From the NCBI GenBank assembly GCA_903875465.1, contig CAIQWB010000073.1, forward strand, positions 16,373 to 80,372: a DNA stretch of 64,000 nt, written 5' to 3'. Source of the DNA: an uncultured Verrucomicrobia subdivision 3 bacterium (lineage in GTDB: Bacteria; Verrucomicrobiota; Verrucomicrobiia; Limisphaerales; UBA11358). Of the stretch, positions 1-8,700 are shown piece by piece; within the stretch, counting starts at the first letter, position 1, and every line of letters begins with the position of its first letter. Position numbers and translations under genes: made by a program. Below the pieces are notes generated by a model, which was given only the letters and a program-made list of their open reading frames with translations, did not search any database and was not told where the DNA came from.

Positions 1-1
1 G

Positions 2-955
2 AAAACCCCGTTCAAATACGGTGTGGTGCTGGCGGGCGCGGGCACGAATGAATTCGTGGATTGTCCGAGTGTCTTTCGCCAGGACCAGCATTGGTATATG
101 ATGTATGTGGCCATCACCAATAAAATTGGCTACCAAACCTTTCTGGCCCGCAGCGATGATTTGCGGCACTGGCACAAGCTGGGCCGCGTGCTTGCGTTCA
201 CCGGCACCAATCAATGGGATGCCTGGCAGGCGGACGGCGGCATCGCCCTGGCGGATTATCATTGGGACGGACCCCAAACCCTGGAGACGTTCGCTGGCAA
301 ATACTGGCTGACCTACATTGGCGGCCAGCGCCAGGGTTATGAGACCGATCCCCTGGCCATTGGACTCGCCTGGACCAAGTCACCTGCCCAGCCCCGGGAA
401 TGGCAGCGGCTGGCGGAAAATCCCGTGCTCGGTCCGCAGCAGTCCGACGCGCGGAGTTTTGAAACCAAGACGCTCTATAAGAGCCAGGTCATCCACGATG
501 AAACCGAGTCCCTGGGCTGGCCGTTCGTGATGTATTACAACGCCAAATTCAAAAATGGCTTTGAGCAAATCGGCATGGCCGTTTCCAGTGATCTGCGGCA
601 TTGGACGCGCTACGGCACCAATGCGGTGGTGGTTAACGGGGCCGAGCAGCAACGGGGGATCAGCGGCGACCCGCAAATTGTGAAGATTGGCGATGTGTGG
701 GTCATGTTTTATTTCGGCGCGGGCTGGCAGCCCCGGGCGTTTGACACCTTTGCCGGCTCCCACGACCTGGTGCACTGGACCAAATGGACCGGCCCGCATT
801 TGATCGAACCCTCGGAACCTTACGATCGCACTTACGCCCACAAACCCTGGGTCCTGAAGTATCAGGGGGTCGTTTATCATTTTTATTGTGCCGTGGGGAG
901 CGAAGGCCGGGTGATCGCCCTGGCCACTTCCCGGGACCTGACCGGCAAGCCCTGA
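2..955 (+). CDS. 5'-truncated beta-propeller glycoside hydrolase-like protein (GH43/GH32/GH130-type fold; family not resolved)
   Basis: The frame is open from position 2 (KTPFKYGVVLAGAG...), so the gene starts upstream of the window. Recurring blade-like segments (DDLRHWHKLG, SSDLRHWTRYG, SHDLVHWTKW, YHFYCAVG) are typical of 5-bladed propeller glycosidases. It lies next to the GH95 gene. Confidence 0.5.
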   Translation, partial: KTPFKYGVVLAGAGTNEFVDCPSVFRQDQHWYMMYVAITNKIGYQTFLARSDDLRHWHKLGRVLAFTGTNQWDAWQADGGIALADYHWDGPQTLETFAGKYWLTYIGGQRQGYETDPLAIGLAWTKSPAQPREWQRLAENPVLGPQQSDARSFETKTLYKSQVIHDETESLGWPFVMYYNAKFKNGFEQIGMAVSSDLRHWTRYGTNAVVVNGAEQQRGISGDPQIVKIGDVWVMFYFGAGWQPRAFDTFAGSHDLVHWTKWTGPHLIEPSEPYDRTYAHKPWVLKYQGVVYHFYCAVGSEGRVIALATSRDLTGKP

Positions 956-977
956 GCCCGGGCAACGACCGATTATT

Positions 978-3353
978 GTGCTTTTCATGATTAAACATCG
1001 CAGGCAACTATTTGTATCCACCTTGCCGCCCTTGCGCCGGCTGCTCGTCGGCCTGACCCTGGCCCTGCTAACCAGGACGGCCACGGGACAGGTCAGCGCA
1101 ACCAACGGAACCACCCTCTGGTACGGCCAGCCCGCCCTGAAATGGACCGAGGCCCTGCCAATTGGCAATGGCCGCCTCGGCGCCATGATTTTCGGCGGGG
1201 TCACCGAGGAACGCATCCAGTTTAATGAGGACACCCTGTGGACCGGCCAGCCGCATGATTACGCCAATCCGAACGGACCGCAGACGCTGCCGGCCATTCG
1301 CGCGCTGCTTGCCGCCGGCCAAAACCGCGAGGCCGGGGCCCTCGCGAAAAGCAATTTTCTGGGCACCCCGTCGCGCCAGAAGGCCTACCAACCCTTCGGT
1401 GAGCTGCACCTGCATTTTCTCGGCGTCGACCATCCCACCAATTATTACCGCGCATTGGATTTGAATACGGCCGTGGCCACAGTAGCTTACCAAGCGCAAG
1501 GGGCCACGTTCCAGCGCGCGGCCTTCGCCAGTTACCCGGACCAGGCCATCATTATGCAGTGCACGGCCGACCAGCCCGGCCGGCTGAGCTTTACCGTACA
1601 AATGACCAGTCCGCATACCAACGCCACCACGCGGGCACTCGCCAATAACACCTTGGTGCTGGATGGCCAGGTGGAAACGGGCGGCCTGCGGTTTGAATCG
1701 CGGGTAAAGGTCATTAGCGTGGGCGGCCGGGTCAGCAGCCAGGGTTCCGTCATCACGGTCGAACAGGCGGACGCCGTCACCCTGGTATTAGTGGCCGCCA
1801 CGAGTTTTAAAAATTTCCAGGACATCACGGCGGACCCGGCCAAACGTTGCGCCCATGACCTGGCCAAAGCAGCCCGGCGCAGCCCGGCGGAATTGCTGAC
1901 GACCCACGAGCGGGATTATCAACATTTGTTTCAACGCGTGCACCTGGACCTGGGCCATGCCGCGCAGGAAACCCTGGCCACCGATTTACGTTTAAAGCAG
2001 GTGAAAGTTTCCGGGCTCACCAACGATCCCGGCCTGGCCGCGCTTTATTTCCAATATGGCCGTTACCTCCTGATTGCCAGCAGCCGCCCGGGCGGGCAGC
2101 CGGCGAATCTGCAAGGCCTGTGGAATGAGCAGCTCGATCCCCCTTGGGAAAGCAAATGGACCCTGAACATCAATTGCGAAATGAATTACTGGCCGGCGGA
2201 AGTGGGTAATTTGAGCGAATGCCATGCGCCCTTGTTCGGCCTGATTGACGATCTCGCCATTAGCGGCGCCCGCACCGCCCGGGAGCAGTACGGTTTCCGG
2301 GGCTGGGTTGCGCATCATAACACCGATCTGTGGCGCGGTTCCGCCCCCATTAATGGCATTGATGGCGTCTGGCCCACCGGCGGGGCCTGGCTCTGCCAGC
2401 ATTTGTGGGAACATTATAGTTTTACCGGCGACAAACCGTTCCTCGCCCGCGCTTATCCCGATCTGAAAGCCGCAGCGCTGTTCTTTGTGGACGCCCTGGT
2501 GCGGGACGCCAAAACCGGCTGGCTCGTCACCTCGCCCTCCTATTCCCCCGAGCAAGGCGAACTCACCACGGGTCCCACCATGGACAATCAAATCATCCGG
2601 GCCTTGTTTAACCATACGATTGCCGCCGCGAACATCTTGGGTCGAGACAAACCATTCGCCGCGCAACTGGCGGCGCTGCGCGACCAATTGCCGCCGAACC
2701 AAACCGGCCGGGGCGGTCAACTTCAGGAGTGGCTCGACGATGTGGACAAGCCCAACAACGTGCATCGCCACATGTCCCCGCTCTGGGCCCTGTATCCGGG
2801 CAATGACATCACGCCGGCGGACACCAACGCCTTCGCCGCCGCCCGGGTGCTGCTGCAATGGCGCGGCGATGGCAGCACTGGCTGGAGTTATGCCTGGCGC
2901 ATGCCCCTGTGGGCGCGGGTGGGGGACGGCGATTTCGCCTACCGGCAGTTGAACAGTTTGTTTCAACGCAAAACCCAGCCCAACCTGCTCGACCTGTGCG
3001 GTCCCTTTCAAATTGATGGCAATTTCGGGGCCACCGCCGGGATGGCAGAACTGCTGTTGCAGAGCCACCAAGTGGTTTCCCACGGGGCCCAAAATGACTG
3101 CCGCCTGCTGGAATTGTTGCCGGCCCTGCCCAAGACCTGGCCGGATGGTTCTGTCAGCGGACTGTGTGCGCGGGATGGGTTTGTGGTGGCGGAAACCTGG
3201 CAGCACGGCGCGCTGGTCAGCGCGGAGATTACCTCCCAACTCGGCGCGCCCTGTGTGCTTCGCCACGGGCAGGCGGAAACCTGGCTGACGACCGAGAAGG
3301 GGGCCCGCTATGTGGTGGATGCGGCCTTGCGAGTCCACCGGGAAAACCCCTAA
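978..3353 (+). CDS. alpha-L-fucosidase, glycoside hydrolase family 95, secreted
   Basis: 791-aa ORF. N-terminal hydrophobic signal (LLVGLTLALLTRTATGQ), then the GH95 N-terminal signature TLWYGQPALKWTEALPIGNGRLGAMIFGG...ERIQFNEDTLWTG, and later LQGLWNE...WESKWTLNINCEMNYWPAE. Confidence 0.8.
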   Translation: MLFMIKHRRQLFVSTLPPLRRLLVGLTLALLTRTATGQVSATNGTTLWYGQPALKWTEALPIGNGRLGAMIFGGVTEERIQFNEDTLWTGQPHDYANPNGPQTLPAIRALLAAGQNREAGALAKSNFLGTPSRQKAYQPFGELHLHFLGVDHPTNYYRALDLNTAVATVAYQAQGATFQRAAFASYPDQAIIMQCTADQPGRLSFTVQMTSPHTNATTRALANNTLVLDGQVETGGLRFESRVKVISVGGRVSSQGSVITVEQADAVTLVLVAATSFKNFQDITADPAKRCAHDLAKAARRSPAELLTTHERDYQHLFQRVHLDLGHAAQETLATDLRLKQVKVSGLTNDPGLAALYFQYGRYLLIASSRPGGQPANLQGLWNEQLDPPWESKWTLNINCEMNYWPAEVGNLSECHAPLFGLIDDLAISGARTAREQYGFRGWVAHHNTDLWRGSAPINGIDGVWPTGGAWLCQHLWEHYSFTGDKPFLARAYPDLKAAALFFVDALVRDAKTGWLVTSPSYSPEQGELTTGPTMDNQIIRALFNHTIAAANILGRDKPFAAQLAALRDQLPPNQTGRGGQLQEWLDDVDKPNNVHRHMSPLWALYPGNDITPADTNAFAAARVLLQWRGDGSTGWSYAWRMPLWARVGDGDFAYRQLNSLFQRKTQPNLLDLCGPFQIDGNFGATAGMAELLLQSHQVVSHGAQNDCRLLELLPALPKTWPDGSVSGLCARDGFVVAETWQHGALVSAEITSQLGAPCVLRHGQAETWLTTEKGARYVVDAALRVHRENP

Positions 3354-3366
3354 CCACTGGTCCACG

Positions 3367-5169
3367 ATGGTATTGATCCCAAAGAAATTTTTTATGTGCC
3401 CTGCTAAATCATCCCGCGCCTGCGCGCTGACTGCGGCGAGCTTCGCGCTGCTGGCCGCGCTGGTCCTGCCGGCCGGCGCCCAGACGAATGTGTCGGTGTC
3501 GGTCGAAGCGGCCGGCTTCACCTTGCTGTCTTCGAATCTGTTGAAGGTCACCCCGGACCGTCCGCTGCCCTTCAACCAATCCGCCGTCAAGCAAAGCACG
3601 GCCCCGGCCCAATACGGACCGGATCCGAAAATCCCGTGGTTCACGGTCCGTTTTGCCCTGCCCATTCCCCCGGAAAATGCCACCAATAACGTGGCCGCGC
3701 TGACCGGTCTTGATCCCGCCGTGTTTACCCACAACCACTCGCCGGGTTTCACCCTCCTGCCCAATGGCGACGCCCTGGCGGTTTGGTTCAGCACTCCGCC
3801 CGGGGAGAGCGAAAACGCACTCACCACCACCTTTGTGCAGGCGCGCCTGCGCTGCGGGGCGGAGGAATGGGACCTGCCGGAATTATTTTTCGATTTCAAA
3901 AATCTCAACGACCAGTCCGGCCTGCTCTGGCAGGATGGCCAAAAAACCTGGTTCTTCGGCGGTGGCCGGGGTTTTTCTGACTGGGTGCCGTTTAAACTGG
4001 CCACCTCCCTGGATAACGGAGCCACCTGGTCATTATCCCTGCCCGGGCTGACCCAGCCGGCGACCGAATACGAAGCCCAGCCCATCACCAGTGCCTTTCG
4101 CGGGGCGGACGGCGCGATCTACTTCGCCATGGACGGCCAGAAAGCCACCAGCTTTTTATGGCGCAGTACGGATGAGGGCGTTCACTGGCGGCAATTGCCC
4201 GGCCGCACCGGCGGCCGGCACTCCACCATCGTGCCGCTGGATGACCGGGGCGATTTGCTTTCCATTGGGGGCAAAAATGCGGCGGTTGATGGCTGGTCGC
4301 CACAAAACACCTCCACCAACTGGGGTGTGAGCTGGAGCACCAGCACGGCCTCGGCCTTCCCGCCCCTGGGCAGTGCCCAGCGCCCGTCGCTCATCCGGCT
4401 GGCGGATGGCAACCTCTTCTTTGTCAGCGACGCCTATTTGCAGAAAATCATGCGGGTGCCGCCCGCCGGCTGGCCGTATGGGAACGGTTGTTTTGCGGCC
4501 ATTTCAACGAATCAAGGTTCCACCTGGCACATCAAGCCATTGCCCGTGCAACTGCCCGTGCATGACCGGGGCACCAACGGCACCCTCGGCTACGTCACCA
4601 CGCGCCAGGCCCCCAACGGCGTGATTCACATTTTGACGACGGAAACCCAGCCATGCCTCCATTATGAACTCAACGAAGCCTGGCTGTTTTCAGATGCCGG
4701 CGACATGGTCCCGGACCATCAAGGAGGTATTTTGAAAGCGTTTTCCGAAACATTTCCCAATGGCCGGCTCCGTTCGCAATGGAGTGCGCGGATTGGCCTC
4801 AATGGCCGCTATCGTCTTGATGGACCGGAAACTGATTTTTATCCCAATGGCACCAAGCAACACATGGTTGCCTACCGGCAGGGTCGCAAAACCGGTAAAG
4901 AAACCTTTTGGTCACCCCAGGGGACAATTCGGTGGACCTGGTCCCATGAGCTGGAAAACAACCACGCCACCTGGACCCAGTACTGGCCCAATGGCCGGAA
5001 AAAAAGCGAGTCCAACTGGAATACCCAGCCCCAAGCCCGGGACCTTGCCCGCCATTTTTACGGACTGATGGCCGACGGCCCCGCCCGCCAATGGGACGCG
5101 CAAGGCTCCCTGATCGCCACGAGCCGGTTTACGAATGGGATCTACGCTGGTCCAGAAACCGCCCACTAA
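3367..5169 (+). CDS. secreted BNR/Asp-box (sialidase-like) beta-propeller protein with C-terminal MORN/YwqK-like repeats
   Basis: I placed the start at ATG 3367 (MVLIPKKFFMCPAKSS...LLAALVLPAGAQ signal peptide) rather than 3310, which overlaps the GH95 gene. Four Asp-box-like motifs: SLDNGATW, STDEGVHW, STNWGVSW, STNQGSTW. The C-terminus carries YPNGTKQHMVAYRQGRKTGKETFW / TQYWPNGRKKSESNW repeats. Confidence 0.6.
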   Translation: MVLIPKKFFMCPAKSSRACALTAASFALLAALVLPAGAQTNVSVSVEAAGFTLLSSNLLKVTPDRPLPFNQSAVKQSTAPAQYGPDPKIPWFTVRFALPIPPENATNNVAALTGLDPAVFTHNHSPGFTLLPNGDALAVWFSTPPGESENALTTTFVQARLRCGAEEWDLPELFFDFKNLNDQSGLLWQDGQKTWFFGGGRGFSDWVPFKLATSLDNGATWSLSLPGLTQPATEYEAQPITSAFRGADGAIYFAMDGQKATSFLWRSTDEGVHWRQLPGRTGGRHSTIVPLDDRGDLLSIGGKNAAVDGWSPQNTSTNWGVSWSTSTASAFPPLGSAQRPSLIRLADGNLFFVSDAYLQKIMRVPPAGWPYGNGCFAAISTNQGSTWHIKPLPVQLPVHDRGTNGTLGYVTTRQAPNGVIHILTTETQPCLHYELNEAWLFSDAGDMVPDHQGGILKAFSETFPNGRLRSQWSARIGLNGRYRLDGPETDFYPNGTKQHMVAYRQGRKTGKETFWSPQGTIRWTWSHELENNHATWTQYWPNGRKKSESNWNTQPQARDLARHFYGLMADGPARQWDAQGSLIATSRFTNGIYAGPETAH

Positions 5170-5203
5170 ACCAGGCCATGGCCAGGCTTGCGGCGCACGC
5201 CAC

Positions 5204-5770
5204 TTATTTCGGCGGCGCGTTCAGTTGCAAATGCATGGCCATGGACAGCCGGACGGCAAATTCGCGAATGGTTTTTTGCACCCCCGGCACCGGGGTATAC
5301 GTAGATGACCCGACGGGATAGGCGTGAATGGAAACGTAATCGTAGAGCCGCAGGGGCGGCCGGCGGGGCAGGTCGGTCAAAAAAACCAGGCCAACACACG
5401 GCGCGCCCGGCTGGTTGATCTCGACGGCGGAGGGATCGCGATGGACATTCGCCGTGCCAGGCACCCGCCATAACTGGCGGTAATGGACATCCATGAGGTC
5501 CGTGTAGCCGCTGTCCACCACCACGCCATTGGTGCGAATTTGCAACACCCGGCCACAAATGTAACGCGCGCCTTGCAGGCAATTGGTGCGGATGATTTCG
5601 GCGCGCTGTGCCGGGGTGAGTTCCGGGGTCACCCGGGCTGGCGCCGGGGTCACCGGCCGGCTACCAGGGTTGTCCGGTCCCCCCATGGCCGGGCCGGTGG
5701 AAGTGTGCCGGGCGGGAGCGGCACAACCCAGCGCCACCATTAAACCGAGGGCCATCCACAAGGCTTTCAT
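5204..5770 (-). CDS. hypothetical lipoprotein
   Basis: Internal start MKALWMALGLMVALGCAAP has a lipobox-like LGC. It begins 10 nt after the stop of the giant upstream gene on the same strand. I recognised no family. Confidence 0.45.
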   Translation of the reverse strand: MKALWMALGLMVALGCAAPARHTSTGPAMGGPDNPGSRPVTPAPARVTPELTPAQRAEIIRTNCLQGARYICGRVLQIRTNGVVVDSGYTDLMDVHYRQLWRVPGTANVHRDPSAVEINQPGAPCVGLVFLTDLPRRPPLRLYDYVSIHAYPVGSSTYTPVPGVQKTIREFAVRLSMAMHLQLNAPPK

Positions 5771-5780
5771 ACCGGGGCCA

Positions 5781-8700
5781 TCATGGTTGCTGGTAGGCCC
5801 GGTAGAAGCGGGCCGGTCCGGCCGGATCATTGAGCTGGTCCAGCAAATAAAGCGGGGAAGCGGTGGCCGCATTGGTACTCACGGACGACCAATTCACGAG
5901 GTCGGGGCTGGTTTGCAAGACATAGCTTTTGCCGAGGACCCCGACGATTTGCACGGCAAACCCGCCGTTGGTATACAGGCACGCACCGGTAAAGACCACC
6001 GGCGGTTGAATCGTAAACACGCGGCTGACGGCAATGCTGTTGGTGTAACCGGTTGCGAAGGCATTGACACTGACGGTGGCACTGTTGGTCAGGATGAACG
6101 GACCGGCATAGGCAAAGGAAGCCGGTGTGGGCAGGGAACCATCCAAGGTGTAATAGAGGGTGGCATTGGTATCCGGCGGTTGCAAGGCAACCTGGATCGC
6201 ATTGACGAAGCTGGCCCCGGCGGGATTGATGGCGGGCGGTGGCAGCGCCGGGATGCCCGGGAGACTGTTAATCCACGCGGCCATGACCGCCATGCCATTG
6301 GTATCCACCAGATAATGACCCAGGGGCGGCATCTTCACCCCGCGGACCAAGCTGCTGGCACGTTGATAAAGCATGGAGCGCCAAATGTCCTGGGGTTTGA
6401 TCACATAGGCATTGTCGACCCCCAAATTGGCGACCACCGGACCGTAGATCAGGTTTTGGCTGGTCAGCGGCGTGTCATAACGCGCATCGAAACTGCGCCC
6501 CGACCCGCCGGGCATATGGCAATAGGCGCAATTGACATCCACGTAAGAGCGCGCCCGATTTTCCAGCGTGGCATTTTGATTGGTAAGCGCCACCATCTGG
6601 GAAAAATTCGTGATGGCAGCCTCATCAAAGGCCGGATTGAAAAGTCCCAAATGGTTCAAGGCCCGCAATTGGTTGTCCGCCACGCCGGTGCCGGGATAAT
6701 CAAAATTCCCGTTGAGTTGGCGCGTGTTGACCCCCAGCACATAACCCGCCGCCGCAGTATGGCAGGACAGGCAGTTGGCCGGGCTGGGATAAAACCAGGT
6801 TTGTGTCTGGGTGCCGGTGCTGGTGGTGATGAGGATGTTCTCATTCAAGCTATTGGTCAGCAGGTCGGCATCACTGTTGTCCGGCCGCCATTTATAGGTG
6901 GCCCCAAAAACGGCCCCATAATTATCCCGCACGAGCAGGCGGGTCTCCAGCCGGCGCAACGGCGCATTCGACTGGGTTTGGTCGGTGACGAGGGAGAAAT
7001 GTTTGACAAAAACCGAGCCGGCGGGAAATGACCAGGCGCCATTGGTGGTAAAGCCAATTTGCTGGTCCGGGGTGGCCAGGCCACCGTTCCAGGGCACGGC
7101 CAGCCAGCGGCTTTTGATGGCGTTGTCCGACCAGAACGGCGCATTGGGCGCGTAAGGCAGCAGGCCGCGGGCGGGCACCAGATTGGTGGTGTCACTGAAA
7201 ACACCCACCTGGGACAAGGTGAGCGGGAGGCGGCCACTCCCGGAGGCGGACAGGTTAAAGGCGGGGGCAACCACAGCGCGATTGGTCAGGCCATAAGCGG
7301 CGGTGCTGCCCGCTTTGATGGTAATATTCACCGGGGCGGAGGTGCCGGTCAGGCCACTGCCATCGGTGGCCACCGCAGTGAGAGCCAGACTGCCCGGAGC
7401 CAGGCCGCTGATGGTCAGGGCATAGGGGGCATTGCTGACCGCGCCGACATACACGCCATTGGTGTAAAACGACACTTGATCGAGACGATTGTATTGCGCC
7501 GCGGCATTGGCCGTGAGGGTGAGGCTGGAACCGGCGGTGGTGGCGGTGCCATTGAGCGGGGCGGTCAGCACAGCGACCGGCGGCGGATTGGTATAGGGAT
7601 AAAGCTGGCTGGTAGGCACCAGGGAAAGGGGCTGCGAAGGACTGAACCATTGCAACTTGGCCACCGCACCATACAAACCTTGGAAGTAGTCCATCTCAAT
7701 AGTGTAGAGTTGCCCGGCTTTCATGGGGAAGGCGGCCTGATAGGTGGTGACTGGCTCGCCCACCCATTCATTGATCAGTTCCTGGCCATTTACAAACAGG
7801 CGCACACCGTCGTCCACGGTGGTAAAGAACGTGTAAGTCTCGTTGAACTGGGGCTGGATTGAACCCGTCCATATGGTGGTAAAGATTTCCGGGCCAATGT
7901 TCGTCGCCGGGCCGGTCGAGCTCCAGTCAAAATTAATGGTGGGATCCACCCGCACGAGGGTGGGCGCGTTGGTAAAGGTCCCGGCCTGGCCGGCATAGTA
8001 GGCACCGGTCAAGCCGGTGCCGGAGCCAACGGTGGTGCTGCTAATAAAGGGGGTCACCACCACACTGCTGCTCACCGCTCCCGGGAGGGTGGCAATCACT
8101 TGCAAGCCCGTGGTGTTGGTCAGCACGAGGGGACCGGTATAGAGGATGGCGTTCGTACCCGGGGTGGTGCCATCCAAGGTATAATAAATCGCCGCTCCGG
8201 CCACGGCATCCGCCAGGGTCACGACGACCGAATTGGTGAAGTTGCCGGCGGCCGGCGAGACGGTGGGGGTGGGTAAAAAAGCCCCCACGCCAAAGACGTC
8301 GAGGGTAAAATCACCGCCCACATAAACCTTGCCCCCGGCCACCGTGGGCGCGACCCACTTGACCGCCGGGCCGGGAACGTCGCGTTTCGGGGCCTGGCCA
8401 CTATTATAAAGTTCGGCCAGGTTGGTGGCATTATAAGCGTGCAATATCGCCGTGCCGCCGCTGGGCCAGCCATCGGTTTGCACGACCCAGACAATGGCAT
8501 TGCTGGTGCCGTTGGCCGAGACACCGGGCACGCCGCCCGGCGGCCCAAAGGTGGTGCTGGACACGGCCACCGGAGCGGGGCTGAGGGTGGCGTTCGTGAG
8601 GGCAAAGGCCCGCATGACGTCACTGGAGGCTTGATAATAGAGCGTGTTATTAAAATAGGCGGGCACCGGATAACTTGGCGGGATGCCCATCGCATTGGGC

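Noticed and set aside
1992-4088. 698-aa ORF on the minus strand
   Set aside because: It is antisense to the well-supported GH95 and BNR genes. Its composition is Arg/Gly/Pro/Ala-rich and low in complexity, with no motifs. This is a typical shadow ORF in GC-rich DNA.
5583-7031. 482-aa ORF on the plus strand
   Set aside because: It lies entirely antisense to the cytochrome-like part of the 2098-aa gene and has a G/R/I-rich nonsense composition. The 7059-7862, 9114-10064 and 10488-11009 plus-strand ORFs were rejected for the same reason.
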